IMG/VR virus record: IMGVR_UViG_3300047094_002559
DNA from: an uncultured virus (IMG/VR IMGVR_UViG_3300047094_002559)
Lineage: Duplodnaviria > Heunggongvirae > Uroviricota > Caudoviricetes
DNA: 64,000 bases
Direction: 5' to 3' (one strand)
This document shows positions 8,907 to 17,387 of the stretch, piece by piece. Every line of letters starts with the position of its first letter. Within the stretch, counting starts at the first letter, position 1. A model generated the notes under the pieces. The model was not told the DNA's origin. It did no database searches and saw only the letters and a program-made list of their open reading frames with translations. The position numbers and the translations under genes are program-made.

Positions 8907-10718
8907 TTAGTCGGGTAGTTTGAGGGTCTTCCCCCGCAGGTTGCTGGGGCTGACCCACTCCTTCTTACCCGTGCGCCGGTTGACGAGCAACTGATAAATT
9001 CGACCGTCAGATCCGACACGTGCGCCGTGCGCCAGTCGGACGTCGATGCCGGCTTTTTCAGACTCCGGCCCCGCGATCGGATCCACGAAGCCGAACTGCG
9101 TGGCGCTGACTGCCGTCATGTCGTCCGTGATGGCATTCGGGTCGCCGATGCCGCCGGGTCCCATCTTGGTGATGCGACGCTTCTGCTCGAGGATGTGCAT
9201 CGGGTTGATCTCCTCCAGCGCTGTGACCAGCGGATTGGACTTGAGGTAGCCCATCGTGTATCCGCCGAACGCGTCCGGGCCCACAGGGTCCAGGGTGCGC
9301 ATGCGGCTCAGCCGTCCCATCATCGCGCGCAGGGCATGTCCGTGGTCGAGCTTGATGCGCTCGGCCATCAGGCGGTCCACCGTGTGGACGCGGTCGTTCG
9401 GCAGGCTGTCGCGGTCGTCCGTCTCAGCCAGGCCGCGGTTCACGGCCAGCAGCTTCTCGGTGGCAGCCAGCAGGCCGTCGATGCCCACCGGTGCATACTT
9501 CTCGTGCTCGTCGTCGTCCGCCAGGTAGCGGTGATGCGCCATGGGCGACTTCATCGGCGCTTTCGGCATCGGCTTCGGGACACCGATCGGGACGTAGGTC
9601 GATGCCGCCTTCGCAAACGCAGTCGGGCCATAATCCTGCGGATTGGCAAGCTGGTCCTCGTAAATGGGCACCTCACCCATCAATTGCCGAAGGGCGCGCG
9701 CCGTCACATTGCCGTGCAGCGCGTTATCCCGATGGGTCAGGTTGAACCGATCCGCCACCCACTTCCGACGATCGTCAGGCGTCTTGTCGAAATTCCTGAT
9801 GAAGCCCTGCCGGGTGTTGAACGTCATGACGTCATCATCCACCATCTCCACCCGATGCAGCGGCTCATCCTCCTCTGGCTCGATCTCGGGATGTTCCAGC
9901 CCCTGCGCGACGAGGTAGGCGCGCAATTTCTCCAGTGCGACATCAGCGTGCTTGTCCTCCACCGATGCGTGCACATCCCCGGTGTGGGCGTCATTCACGG
10001 CCAGGCCCGAAGCTTGCAGCTCCTTGAGGATCGCGTGCCAGTTCTTCCGCAGCCCCACGCCCTGCAGCTTGTCGCCGGACAGCCGGAAAGTCTTCGCCAT
10101 CTTTTCCATCGGAAACTCCAGATACTTCGGATCAATCTTCCCCGTCGGATGGATGATCTGGACGTGCGGCACGTCGCCGGCATACCGGCCGTGCCCGGGC
10201 TCGAAGTGCTTCCACAGTTCCTTCGGATTCTTCGCGCGCTCGATGAGCTGCTTGATCTCATCGATCTTCAGGTCGTGATGCCGCGCGGCAAGGATCGGCT
10301 CCTTCTCTTCGTCCGACATGGCGTCCCACTCCTCGTCGCTCAGATGTCCCCACAGCGACTTCCCTGGGGCCAGCTCGACGCCGTGCAGGCGCGTGTCTGG
10401 CGCGTCCCGCAGCAGGGCTTCGAGATCGATCCGCAGCGGCACAGACTTCCGCTGGTTCATCGGGTGCGTCGCGTCGCCCTTGATGCGGTCCGTGTCGGGC
10501 TGGCCGAAGAATGCGGACGGGCCGGCGAACGACGCCTTCCACGGTTCCTCCTTCAGCTTCTTCTCCCGGAATGCCAGCCACTCGTCGGCCGCCTTGCCGG
10601 GGCGCGCGAGTTCCAGCAGGTGCCGGTTCTCCGGGCGCGCAAGGATGTCGCCGGACAGCAGCCCGTGCTCACGGACGGAGTCCAGCGTTTCTTCGGGGAT
10701 GTAGGACAGGAGTTTCAT
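8907..10718 (-). CDS. Multidomain protein: unknown N-domain + acylphosphatase-like domain + RNA polymerase beta subunit fragment (fork-loop/Rif region)
   Basis: EEINPMHILEQKRRITKMGPGG...FGFVDPIAGPESEKAG parallels RpoB DQxNPLSELTHKRRLSALGPGG...YGRICPIETPEGPNIG; LSGDKLQGVGLRK...GLAVND matches acylphosphatase GxVQGVGFR...GWVxN. Confidence 0.8.
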   Translation of the reverse strand: MKLLSYIPEETLDSVREHGLLSGDILARPENRHLLELARPGKAADEWLAFREKKLKEEPWKASFAGPSAFFGQPDTDRIKGDATHPMNQRKSVPLRIDLEALLRDAPDTRLHGVELAPGKSLWGHLSDEEWDAMSDEEKEPILAARHHDLKIDEIKQLIERAKNPKELWKHFEPGHGRYAGDVPHVQIIHPTGKIDPKYLEFPMEKMAKTFRLSGDKLQGVGLRKNWHAILKELQASGLAVNDAHTGDVHASVEDKHADVALEKLRAYLVAQGLEHPEIEPEEDEPLHRVEMVDDDVMTFNTRQGFIRNFDKTPDDRRKWVADRFNLTHRDNALHGNVTARALRQLMGEVPIYEDQLANPQDYGPTAFAKAASTYVPIGVPKPMPKAPMKSPMAHHRYLADDDEHEKYAPVGIDGLLAATEKLLAVNRGLAETDDRDSLPNDRVHTVDRLMAERIKLDHGHALRAMMGRLSRMRTLDPVGPDAFGGYTMGYLKSNPLVTALEEINPMHILEQKRRITKMGPGGIGDPNAITDDMTAVSATQFGFVDPIAGPESEKAGIDVRLAHGARVGSDGRIYQLLVNRRTGKKEWVSPSNLRGKTLKLPD

Positions 10719-11032
10719 AACGTCGCGCAGGTTGGTTGCGGCATGCTGCGTATCCAGACTGCCTCCACCCTGTGCTCGATCCCGCTCATGCCCAAAGGAG
10801 GGCGATGAGTAGTGACGTATTCAAGCGTTCCGCGCATGAGATCAGTCACCGCCTTGATTTGAGCATCGCACGTGTCTGACAATTCTTGCGTCAGAGTCCC
10901 GTCGCCGGGCAGAGAGATTACCATGAACCACATGTCTTCGTCCGCCGCCTTGCGTATCTCGAAAGGCAGAGCGAAAACTCCCAGCGCCTCATAGCCTCCA
11001 TGTTGTGCTTGTGTCATTTGTGATTGTGTCAT
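10715..11032 (-). CDS. Hypothetical protein between the RNAP beta fragments
   Basis: ATG at 11032; stop overlaps the 10718 ATG; looks more AT-rich than the flanking genes. Confidence 0.6.
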   Translation of the reverse strand: MTQSQMTQAQHGGYEALGVFALPFEIRKAADEDMWFMVISLPGDGTLTQELSDTCDAQIKAVTDLMRGTLEYVTTHRPPLGMSGIEHRVEAVWIRSMPQPTCATL

Positions 11033-11033
11033 T

Positions 11034-11261
11034 TTATTGTAGATCCTCCGGTTTGCTGTATCCCCCAAGTGAGCACTCAGACACGCGCTCCGTGCCAGGT
11101 ATCTGCACTCGGTAATGACGCACCTGGAATCTTACATCATCCCGAGGTTGCCTAAGCCCGCACGTGAGCAAATTGATCACATCTTCTTCCTGATCCCTGG
11201 TAGGCGGGGCAGCAGACTCCGTCGTAATTTCCACCTCGAATTTGTGCGTGGTTGTCGTCAC
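11034..11261 (-). CDS. Hypothetical protein (75 aa)
   Basis: GTGA overlap with the upstream stop. Confidence 0.6.
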   Translation of the reverse strand: MTTTTHKFEVEITTESAAPPTRDQEEDVINLLTCGLRQPRDDVRFQVRHYRVQIPGTERVSECSLGGYSKPEDLQ

Positions 11262-12745
11262 GACAGATCCTCCGGTTTGATGTAGCCCTCCAGCGCCAGC
11301 GTCATCAGCTCCCCAGGTCCAGGGGTGCCGACCGCGTCAGCGCCGCGACCGCGCGCCAGCTTAGCCAGGCGTTCGCGCTCGGAGTCGTCGAAGTCGTGCC
11401 GCTGCATGTAGTGGCGGACATACTCCTTGCGCCGGTAGCCTTCCATCCCCTCCTTGAAGTCTTCCCGCTGCTTAGCGGGCAGCAGCTTCAGCGGGTCGAT
11501 GCCCCAGTTGACCAGGGCGAACGCGCGGCGTGGTGTCGGCTTGGCCTCGAACTGCGCGCCGGTCCGAGCCTTGAAACTTTTCCACCTGGCGATCTGCTTC
11601 TCGTCTGTCTCGCCGCGGCGACCGGTGTGGTAGTTCTCATACCACTGCAGCCAGCCCTGCTTGTCGGTGTCGTCCAGCCAGTGCTCCGGCCACGCGCGCA
11701 TGGACGCAAGGCGCGGACCTTTGCCGCCGTAGATCGCGTTGTAGGACTCCTTGAGTTCGTCCGGCGTGAAGTCCGGGGAGAACGCTGCGCGCTTGGTCAG
11801 CGGCACGTCGAACGATTCCCACTGTCCCCAGATCTGTTCGGGCGTGAAGTCAGGATCGAACGGGACGGCTGCCGCCTTGGTCATGCGGTCGGCTGCGTCG
11901 ATCGCGGTCCCCGCCATCCTCCAGCTTGCCGCCTTCTCGTGGCTGTAGAGGTTCGGCAGGTTCTGCTTGAGAATCGACTCCGCCACCTGGGCGCGGTCCA
12001 GCGCCGCCCGGATGTCCTTCACGCGGTCCTCTGGCGCACGCGCGGGGTCGCGCTCCCACTTTGGGATCACCTTGTTGTACACGCGGTCCAGTGTATGCCT
12101 CGAATACTTCGCCCGGTTGGCTTCGAGAATCTCCGGCCCCCACCGACGCGCGAGCTCCTCGTCCGTCACCCCGAGGTCCTTGAACACCGAGTAGGCGTGC
12201 AGGTCCGACGATCCCACCTTGAGACGATACTGCGCCGTGCGCGGGTCGAACGACACCCGCAGGGCCGAGCCGGTGCCGGGGCGCACGTTCAGATGCGTCT
12301 CGAGCTCGCCATTGTCCCGGCGTCGCGTGTAGGCCCCAGGCAGCAGGCGCGACTGCATGGCTGGGGCATACTCGGATCCGTTCTCGATGAACGTCCCGCG
12401 CTCCGTCAGGTAAGGCACTCGGGCCAGCGTCACATTCTTGCGCTCGTCGAGCACCTCGTTGGTCACGTCGTCCACGAGCCGCATCGTTCCGCGCAGCCGG
12501 CGCACGAGCGACTTGTCGTCCAGCAGCGCCTCGCGTTGCTCGGCTTTGGTGAACCTCGCCGGACCGACATGCTTCATGTCTTTCAGCTCCAGCCGGACTC
12601 CGCCGTAGGCGTAGCCGTTGACGTAGCGCTGCATGGACTGCATCACAGAGGTATCGATCGCCTCCCGCGTGGCGTCGGAATCTTCCGGGTCGCGCAGCGT
12701 GACGCCTTCTGGCGGCTCAGGGATGTCGGAGGATGGATTCGGCAC
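11258..12745 (-). CDS. RNA polymerase beta subunit N-terminal fragment fused to a C-terminal GWxQWY domain
   Basis: TLARVPYLTERGTFIENGSEYAPAMQSRLLPG parallels RpoB [30 protein letters not shown]; the C-terminal DKQGWLQWYENYHTGRR..DEKQIARWK...ALVNWGIDP is a separate domain of unknown function. Confidence 0.8.
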   Translation of the reverse strand: MPNPSSDIPEPPEGVTLRDPEDSDATREAIDTSVMQSMQRYVNGYAYGGVRLELKDMKHVGPARFTKAEQREALLDDKSLVRRLRGTMRLVDDVTNEVLDERKNVTLARVPYLTERGTFIENGSEYAPAMQSRLLPGAYTRRRDNGELETHLNVRPGTGSALRVSFDPRTAQYRLKVGSSDLHAYSVFKDLGVTDEELARRWGPEILEANRAKYSRHTLDRVYNKVIPKWERDPARAPEDRVKDIRAALDRAQVAESILKQNLPNLYSHEKAASWRMAGTAIDAADRMTKAAAVPFDPDFTPEQIWGQWESFDVPLTKRAAFSPDFTPDELKESYNAIYGGKGPRLASMRAWPEHWLDDTDKQGWLQWYENYHTGRRGETDEKQIARWKSFKARTGAQFEAKPTPRRAFALVNWGIDPLKLLPAKQREDFKEGMEGYRRKEYVRHYMQRHDFDDSERERLAKLARGRGADAVGTPGPGELMTLALEGYIKPEDLS

Positions 12746-12789
12746 GTACAGCTTTTACCGCAGTCTGTCACTCGTTGCAATCCGTTACA

Positions 12790-15438
12790 TTATCGGTTCA
12801 GGTGTTTCTCCAGGAAGTCGTGCTTCGCATCGTCCGCCTCGTTCGTGTAGTCCAGCACCAGCTCCAGGTCCGCATTCGCGCGCGCAGACTTCTCGTGCAG
12901 TCGGTCAAACGACTCCTTCGGAATTTCGTCAGGACGACGCAAGATCTGCAGCGGCTTGCGCGTGGTGGACCGCACCCATTCCAGGATGTTCTTGTCGTGC
13001 ATCTTTCGCATGCGCGACATCACCGTGACCGGCTCGGCGCCGCACTGCTCCGCCAGCGCATCCACGTCGAACTGCCACCAGCCGTCCTTCTCCACGCCGA
13101 CGTCGAAGATCGCGTCGCGCGTTTCCGATTCCTTCTTCGTCATGGTCGGAATGACTTCCTCAAACCGGATGCGATGCTGCCGCGCGGCGTCCGCGTCGTG
13201 CGCGAAGATTCGCTCACCCAGGCAGAACGACATGATGGCCTGGGTCGCGAACGGATCGATCGAAGCCCGCTTGCATATCTCATCGCGCGACGCCGTGATC
13301 GCCCCGTTGGCGCCCTCACGCATCTGACTTGCCGCCTTGAAGAACGCCTTGATGTCCTCCGGCGTTGGATTGCCGCAGCGGATGAAGTGCTTCCGCGTGC
13401 GAATGCCCTCAGGAGTCGGGATGATCGTGCAGTAGGAGTCGAGACCGTCTCTGCCTGCGCGACCCGCTTCTTGCGCCAAAGCCACCAGAGTGCCCGGGAT
13501 GTCGAAGTGCACCACGTGTCTGATATTGCTTTTGTCCACGCCCATGCCGAACGCGTTCGTGGCCACGATGACTGCCTCGGGGTCCGCCATGAACTTGTCC
13601 TGGTTGAACCGACGATCCGGCTGCAGCATTCCGCCGTGGTAGAAGTAGACCGGGCGGTTGGTGTAGCGGCTGATGGCCGCCGCGTATTCCTCCACCCTCT
13701 TACGCGTGGAAGCGTAGACGATGGTCGGCCCCTCGCAGTTCGCAGCCACCCAGGGTGCGGCCTCCGACATGCGGTCCAGGAACAGGGACGCCAGATGCAG
13801 ATTCGTGCGGCGCGGGTAGTGGTAGATCAGCTTGGCCTTGAGGATGCCCAGACCGCTCCGCACCTCCGCCTCAGCCTCCTCGGACAGCGTCGCAGAGAAC
13901 GCCGCCACCACTTTCGGCTGCACCTTCTGGATGAACTCCCCGGCGAACTTGTAGCCGGGACGGAAGGTGTCCGCCCAGTCATGGAACGTGTGACAGTTTC
14001 CTATCACGACAACTTTTCCGCTGCGTCGAACCACGATGCACCCGGTGGGTACAGTCACGCAGTAGACCATTCCGTCGTAGTCCGTCACGCGCTTCCTGAA
14101 TTCCTGCGTGTCTACGGTTGGCTCGCCCAGGCGAATGAACAACCGGTGTACATCGCTGAATGCGTCCGACCTGTGATCCACCTGCAATGTTTTTCGGGCG
14201 CGCAGTCCAGCGCGTATGCAGACTTCCTGGAAGTAGTCTGTGTTGTCCTCCACCGTGCTGCTGTAGTAACCCAGCGAATCGCTGACGTCGCTACCATCCC
14301 AGGCGATGCATTCGTCGACCAGCGCGCGACAGGCATCAGCCGACAGATCGTTGTAATCAAGCACCTCGCGCATGATCTTGGAAAGCCCGGGCACCCCCGT
14401 CACGATGAACCTTCGACGGCTACCATCTGATCGGTCTTTTACCTCGTTGAAGGCATAACCGCCGTCTTTCATGATCTGCAGGAATCGCTTGATCTTTCGC
14501 TGCTTCACGAACGAAAACGCAGCAGACGATTTGCTGTGGGCGTTTCCGTCCGCCTGAAAAGCAGTCTGAAGACGCTCCCAAGGTGTCAATGCGGAGCGTC
14601 CAGTGCCGGCGCCGGCTGCGGCTCTCATACGCCACATGTAGCTGAACTTGGCGTCCGCGGCAGTTCGCTTTCGCCAGCTGCCGTCAGCCCTGTAAACCAG
14701 CAGATCGTGATTCGGAGTTACCGAGATGTCTATGCCGCTGGTCGATTCGATGTGGATCATCTCTCCTTTGTGCCGCCTACGTATGACGCGCGACGGAACG
14801 ACCAGCGTCATCTCGTGCGTGTCCGGATCCACCTGAGCCACCTGATCTGCATCGTCCAGTGCATCGAATCTCACGAATCCACGACCCGTGAGAATCTCAA
14901 CGTCAGGCGCAAAGCACTCGTCCATCGCCACAAAATCAGGCGGGAACTGCGACACCACGTTCGACCACTCCGGATTCGAGAAGCGCTCCGGGCTGACCAG
15001 CATGAACTGCAGCGTGCCCGACGCCCAGTCCCGCAGCACCGAGGCGTTGTGTCCGTCCGTCTCCTGGCTGGAGATGGACGCCGCAGCAAGCCCCTTGCGC
15101 TGCATGGACGTGGCCTGGTCACGCATGAGCGCGATCAGCGGGTAGATGACGATGGTGCGCCAGCCCATGCACAGCGTCGGCACAACGAAGCATGCACTTT
15201 TCCCAGACCCGGTTGGCAGGATCGTGATCGTGTCCCGCTGCGCCATGATGGACTTCACCGATCGGTCCTGCCCCTCCCGGAGCGTGCTGAACCGCAGGCT
15301 GTTCAGGACCGCCGGCATCTTCTTCATTCCCTGCATCAGCGCCTGTATTTCGGCGGTGGTTGTTACGGCTTTCCGCGCTTCGATCGGAGGACTTTCAGTT
15401 TCGGATTCTTCGGGTTTCGGTTTGGTCAGAGTCGACAT
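12790..15438 (-). CDS. recQ: RecQ-family SF2 helicase containing an intein
   Basis: LREGQ, LPTGSGKS, PLIALMRDQ, VSPER, DE/CH, SAT, YHGGM, VATNAFGMGVDK and QEAGRAGRDG motifs. Confidence 0.92.
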   Translation of the reverse strand: MSTLTKPKPEESETESPPIEARKAVTTTAEIQALMQGMKKMPAVLNSLRFSTLREGQDRSVKSIMAQRDTITILPTGSGKSACFVVPTLCMGWRTIVIYPLIALMRDQATSMQRKGLAAASISSQETDGHNASVLRDWASGTLQFMLVSPERFSNPEWSNVVSQFPPDFVAMDECFAPDVEILTGRGFVRFDALDDADQVAQVDPDTHEMTLVVPSRVIRRRHKGEMIHIESTSGIDISVTPNHDLLVYRADGSWRKRTAADAKFSYMWRMRAAAGAGTGRSALTPWERLQTAFQADGNAHSKSSAAFSFVKQRKIKRFLQIMKDGGYAFNEVKDRSDGSRRRFIVTGVPGLSKIMREVLDYNDLSADACRALVDECIAWDGSDVSDSLGYYSSTVEDNTDYFQEVCIRAGLRARKTLQVDHRSDAFSDVHRLFIRLGEPTVDTQEFRKRVTDYDGMVYCVTVPTGCIVVRRSGKVVVIGNCHTFHDWADTFRPGYKFAGEFIQKVQPKVVAAFSATLSEEAEAEVRSGLGILKAKLIYHYPRRTNLHLASLFLDRMSEAAPWVAANCEGPTIVYASTRKRVEEYAAAISRYTNRPVYFYHGGMLQPDRRFNQDKFMADPEAVIVATNAFGMGVDKSNIRHVVHFDIPGTLVALAQEAGRAGRDGLDSYCTIIPTPEGIRTRKHFIRCGNPTPEDIKAFFKAASQMREGANGAITASRDEICKRASIDPFATQAIMSFCLGERIFAHDADAARQHRIRFEEVIPTMTKKESETRDAIFDVGVEKDGWWQFDVDALAEQCGAEPVTVMSRMRKMHDKNILEWVRSTTRKPLQILRRPDEIPKESFDRLHEKSARANADLELVLDYTNEADDAKHDFLEKHLNR
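13996..14916 (-). mobile_element. Intein (307 aa) in RecQ motif II, with a probable degenerate LAGLIDADG domain
   Basis: MDE|CFAPDVEILT...SVTPNHDL...VYCVTVPTG...VIGN|CH; removal restores DECH; AFQADG and CIAWDG are LAGLIDADG-like blocks. Confidence 0.9.
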
Positions 15439-15875
15439 GATGATAGTTGCACGGCGATGATCATGGAGAGGTCATCGCCGACTTTGAATGTGTGGAATAA
15501 ACCTCGACATCTCATGCGTTGCAGCGCCGCCAGCATGTCCGCCCACGGATCGGCGACAGCCAGCCATAACGACTCCGGGCCGGATGCGGTCGTGTCCTTC
15601 ACCACATACATCGACCCCGGCGTCGACAGCAGATGTTCCGCAAGCGGCGTCGACTCCTCGTTCATGATGTCCGTCGCGACAGCCGCCACCCACGGATACA
15701 ACCCGTGGGTGGCGACGATCAACAGCCGCAGGGGTGAGTCGGCCGGCAGGCTGTCCACTGCCGCGGTCTTGACATCGTCGAGAGCGTCAGACGCCGGCAC
15801 TCCCAGCAGCTTCGCCAGCATGCGGCTGACGACCGAGTCCGATGCCTTCACCGGCGACGGTGCGTGACGCTTCAC
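15426..15875 (-). CDS. Hypothetical protein (149 aa)
   Basis: GTGA overlap with the recA-like stop; overlaps the recQ start. Confidence 0.65.
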   Translation of the reverse strand: MKRHAPSPVKASDSVVSRMLAKLLGVPASDALDDVKTAAVDSLPADSPLRLLIVATHGLYPWVAAVATDIMNEESTPLAEHLLSTPGSMYVVKDTTASGPESLWLAVADPWADMLAALQRMRCRGLFHTFKVGDDLSMIIAVQLSSCRL

Positions 15876-17311
15876 GGCACCACCTCCGGCTCGGCGCCGT
15901 CATCCTCGTCCTCGTCATCAGCGACGTCGTTCTCGGCGGGCACGATATGTTTGATCGCCCGCGCATACCCTTCGATGTCCAGCTGACCGCCGATATACTC
16001 GATGTGCTCAGGGTGCGTATGCAGCGCGCGCATCAGCTCCTCGGGCTTCACAGCCACGCAGCCCAGCGCATCGCAGGTGTAGAGGTCCTTCTCGACAGTC
16101 GTACCGAGGAACTTGTTGGTCACCATCCAGGTAGCGGTCCGGTCTGCGTAGGTGAACGCGGGTGCCTGATAATCCTCAGTGTCCTCATGGCGGTCGAAGA
16201 ACAGCGTCATGTCGCATGTCCTGCCCCTTGGTCCATAGGAGTTTTTCAGCAGCATCACACGCAGGACATGCCCGTAGACCTCCTTGTTGCCGTCCTTCGC
16301 GCGAATGTCCGTCGTCGACATCATGGTCATCCGATAGGCGCACAGGCGCTTCATCGCCCGACCGCCGACACGCGTGTCGTTCTTCAGCGGGCTCGGCGCC
16401 ATATAGGACGGCAAGGGCTTGGCGGCCATGTCGACCTTGTCGTTCTGCTTGTTGATGAACACCACCGTGGTGTTGTTCTTCTCCATGAACGCCGGCAACC
16501 AGCGCGCCATTCCCTGCGCATGCTTCGAGTGTCCGAAGTTGGATCCGTCCACCGTGTCCTTGGGCGCTTCCTTCTTCGCGTTGGCGGCCAGACCCCAGTC
16601 CGTATTGCCTACGGCCTCGCTCTTTGACATCAACCCGCTCCACGGATCAGCGAAGAAGAAGATCGGATTGCCTTTCGTTTCGGGATCGCTGTCGCACCTC
16701 TTGCGCAGATCTTCGACCGTCTTCCGGAGCGTGTCGTCGAACTGCGGCAGCGACCTGGCTTCAGTGTATTCGATCGAGTTGACCTTGATGACCGCCAGCT
16801 TCGGGTCGCGGTCCATGATGCGCTTGATGCGCTTGTCGGACATCTGCTTGCCCTCGCACTCGCAGTAGATGGCGTAACAGCCCATATCCAGCAGCCGGCT
16901 GATCCAGTCGAACACGAACGTCGTGCTGCCGACGCCCTCCTGCGCGATGATCTCGATGGCCAATGGGTAGCGGAAACCGATCGAGCCCAGCATGTTCTGG
17001 AACTGCAGTTCGTCGTATGGAATCATGTTCCTGCGCAGCATGGCCGGGGTGAACAGGCGGATGGGCCGCTGCTTCGATCGCTCATGCAAGACGTCGATGC
17101 TCTTGCGGATGTTCTCGGTCATCTTGCTGAGGACCTTCACCCTGTTACCGGCGTCGACCCGCGGCTTGAGCAGCAGCGGCTGGAACTTGTCCGGGTCTTC
17201 GATCTGGAGCTCGGCGGGCGTTTTGGTTGGTCTCCGCGCGACTTTCTTGGGGGCGGGTTTTGCAGCCGGCACAACGGGCTGCTTCTTGGGTGTGCGTTTT
17301 TTAGCTGGCAT
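15872..17311 (-). CDS. RecA/UvsX-like recombinase with a degenerate Walker A
   Basis: EIIAQEGVGSTT, YCECE, FFADPWSGL, VFINKQ, GGRAMK...RM and LKN motifs follow RecA order. Confidence 0.8.
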   Translation of the reverse strand: MPAKKRTPKKQPVVPAAKPAPKKVARRPTKTPAELQIEDPDKFQPLLLKPRVDAGNRVKVLSKMTENIRKSIDVLHERSKQRPIRLFTPAMLRRNMIPYDELQFQNMLGSIGFRYPLAIEIIAQEGVGSTTFVFDWISRLLDMGCYAIYCECEGKQMSDKRIKRIMDRDPKLAVIKVNSIEYTEARSLPQFDDTLRKTVEDLRKRCDSDPETKGNPIFFFADPWSGLMSKSEAVGNTDWGLAANAKKEAPKDTVDGSNFGHSKHAQGMARWLPAFMEKNNTTVVFINKQNDKVDMAAKPLPSYMAPSPLKNDTRVGGRAMKRLCAYRMTMMSTTDIRAKDGNKEVYGHVLRVMLLKNSYGPRGRTCDMTLFFDRHEDTEDYQAPAFTYADRTATWMVTNKFLGTTVEKDLYTCDALGCVAVKPEELMRALHTHPEHIEYIGGQLDIEGYARAIKHIVPAENDVADDEDEDDGAEPEVVP

Positions 17312-17316
17312 ATGAT

Positions 17317-17359
17317 AGGTAAAGGAACAGAGACACCGGGGAGGACGGCCTCCCCGGTG
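17317..17359 (-). terminator. Hairpin + TTTACCT terminator-like element
   Basis: CACCGGGGAGG/CCTCCCCGGTG stem, then a pyrimidine tract ending TTTACCT on the minus strand. Confidence 0.7.
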
Positions 17360-17387
17360 CTCAAGTTACTGTTGGTGTGGGTGTCGT

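Noticed and set aside
9027..14430. Long + strand ORFs (9027..10808, 11252..12850, 12733..14430) and similar antisense ORFs across the window
   Set aside because: They mirror motif-bearing minus-strand genes; such shadow ORFs are expected in GC-rich DNA and their translations have no motifs.
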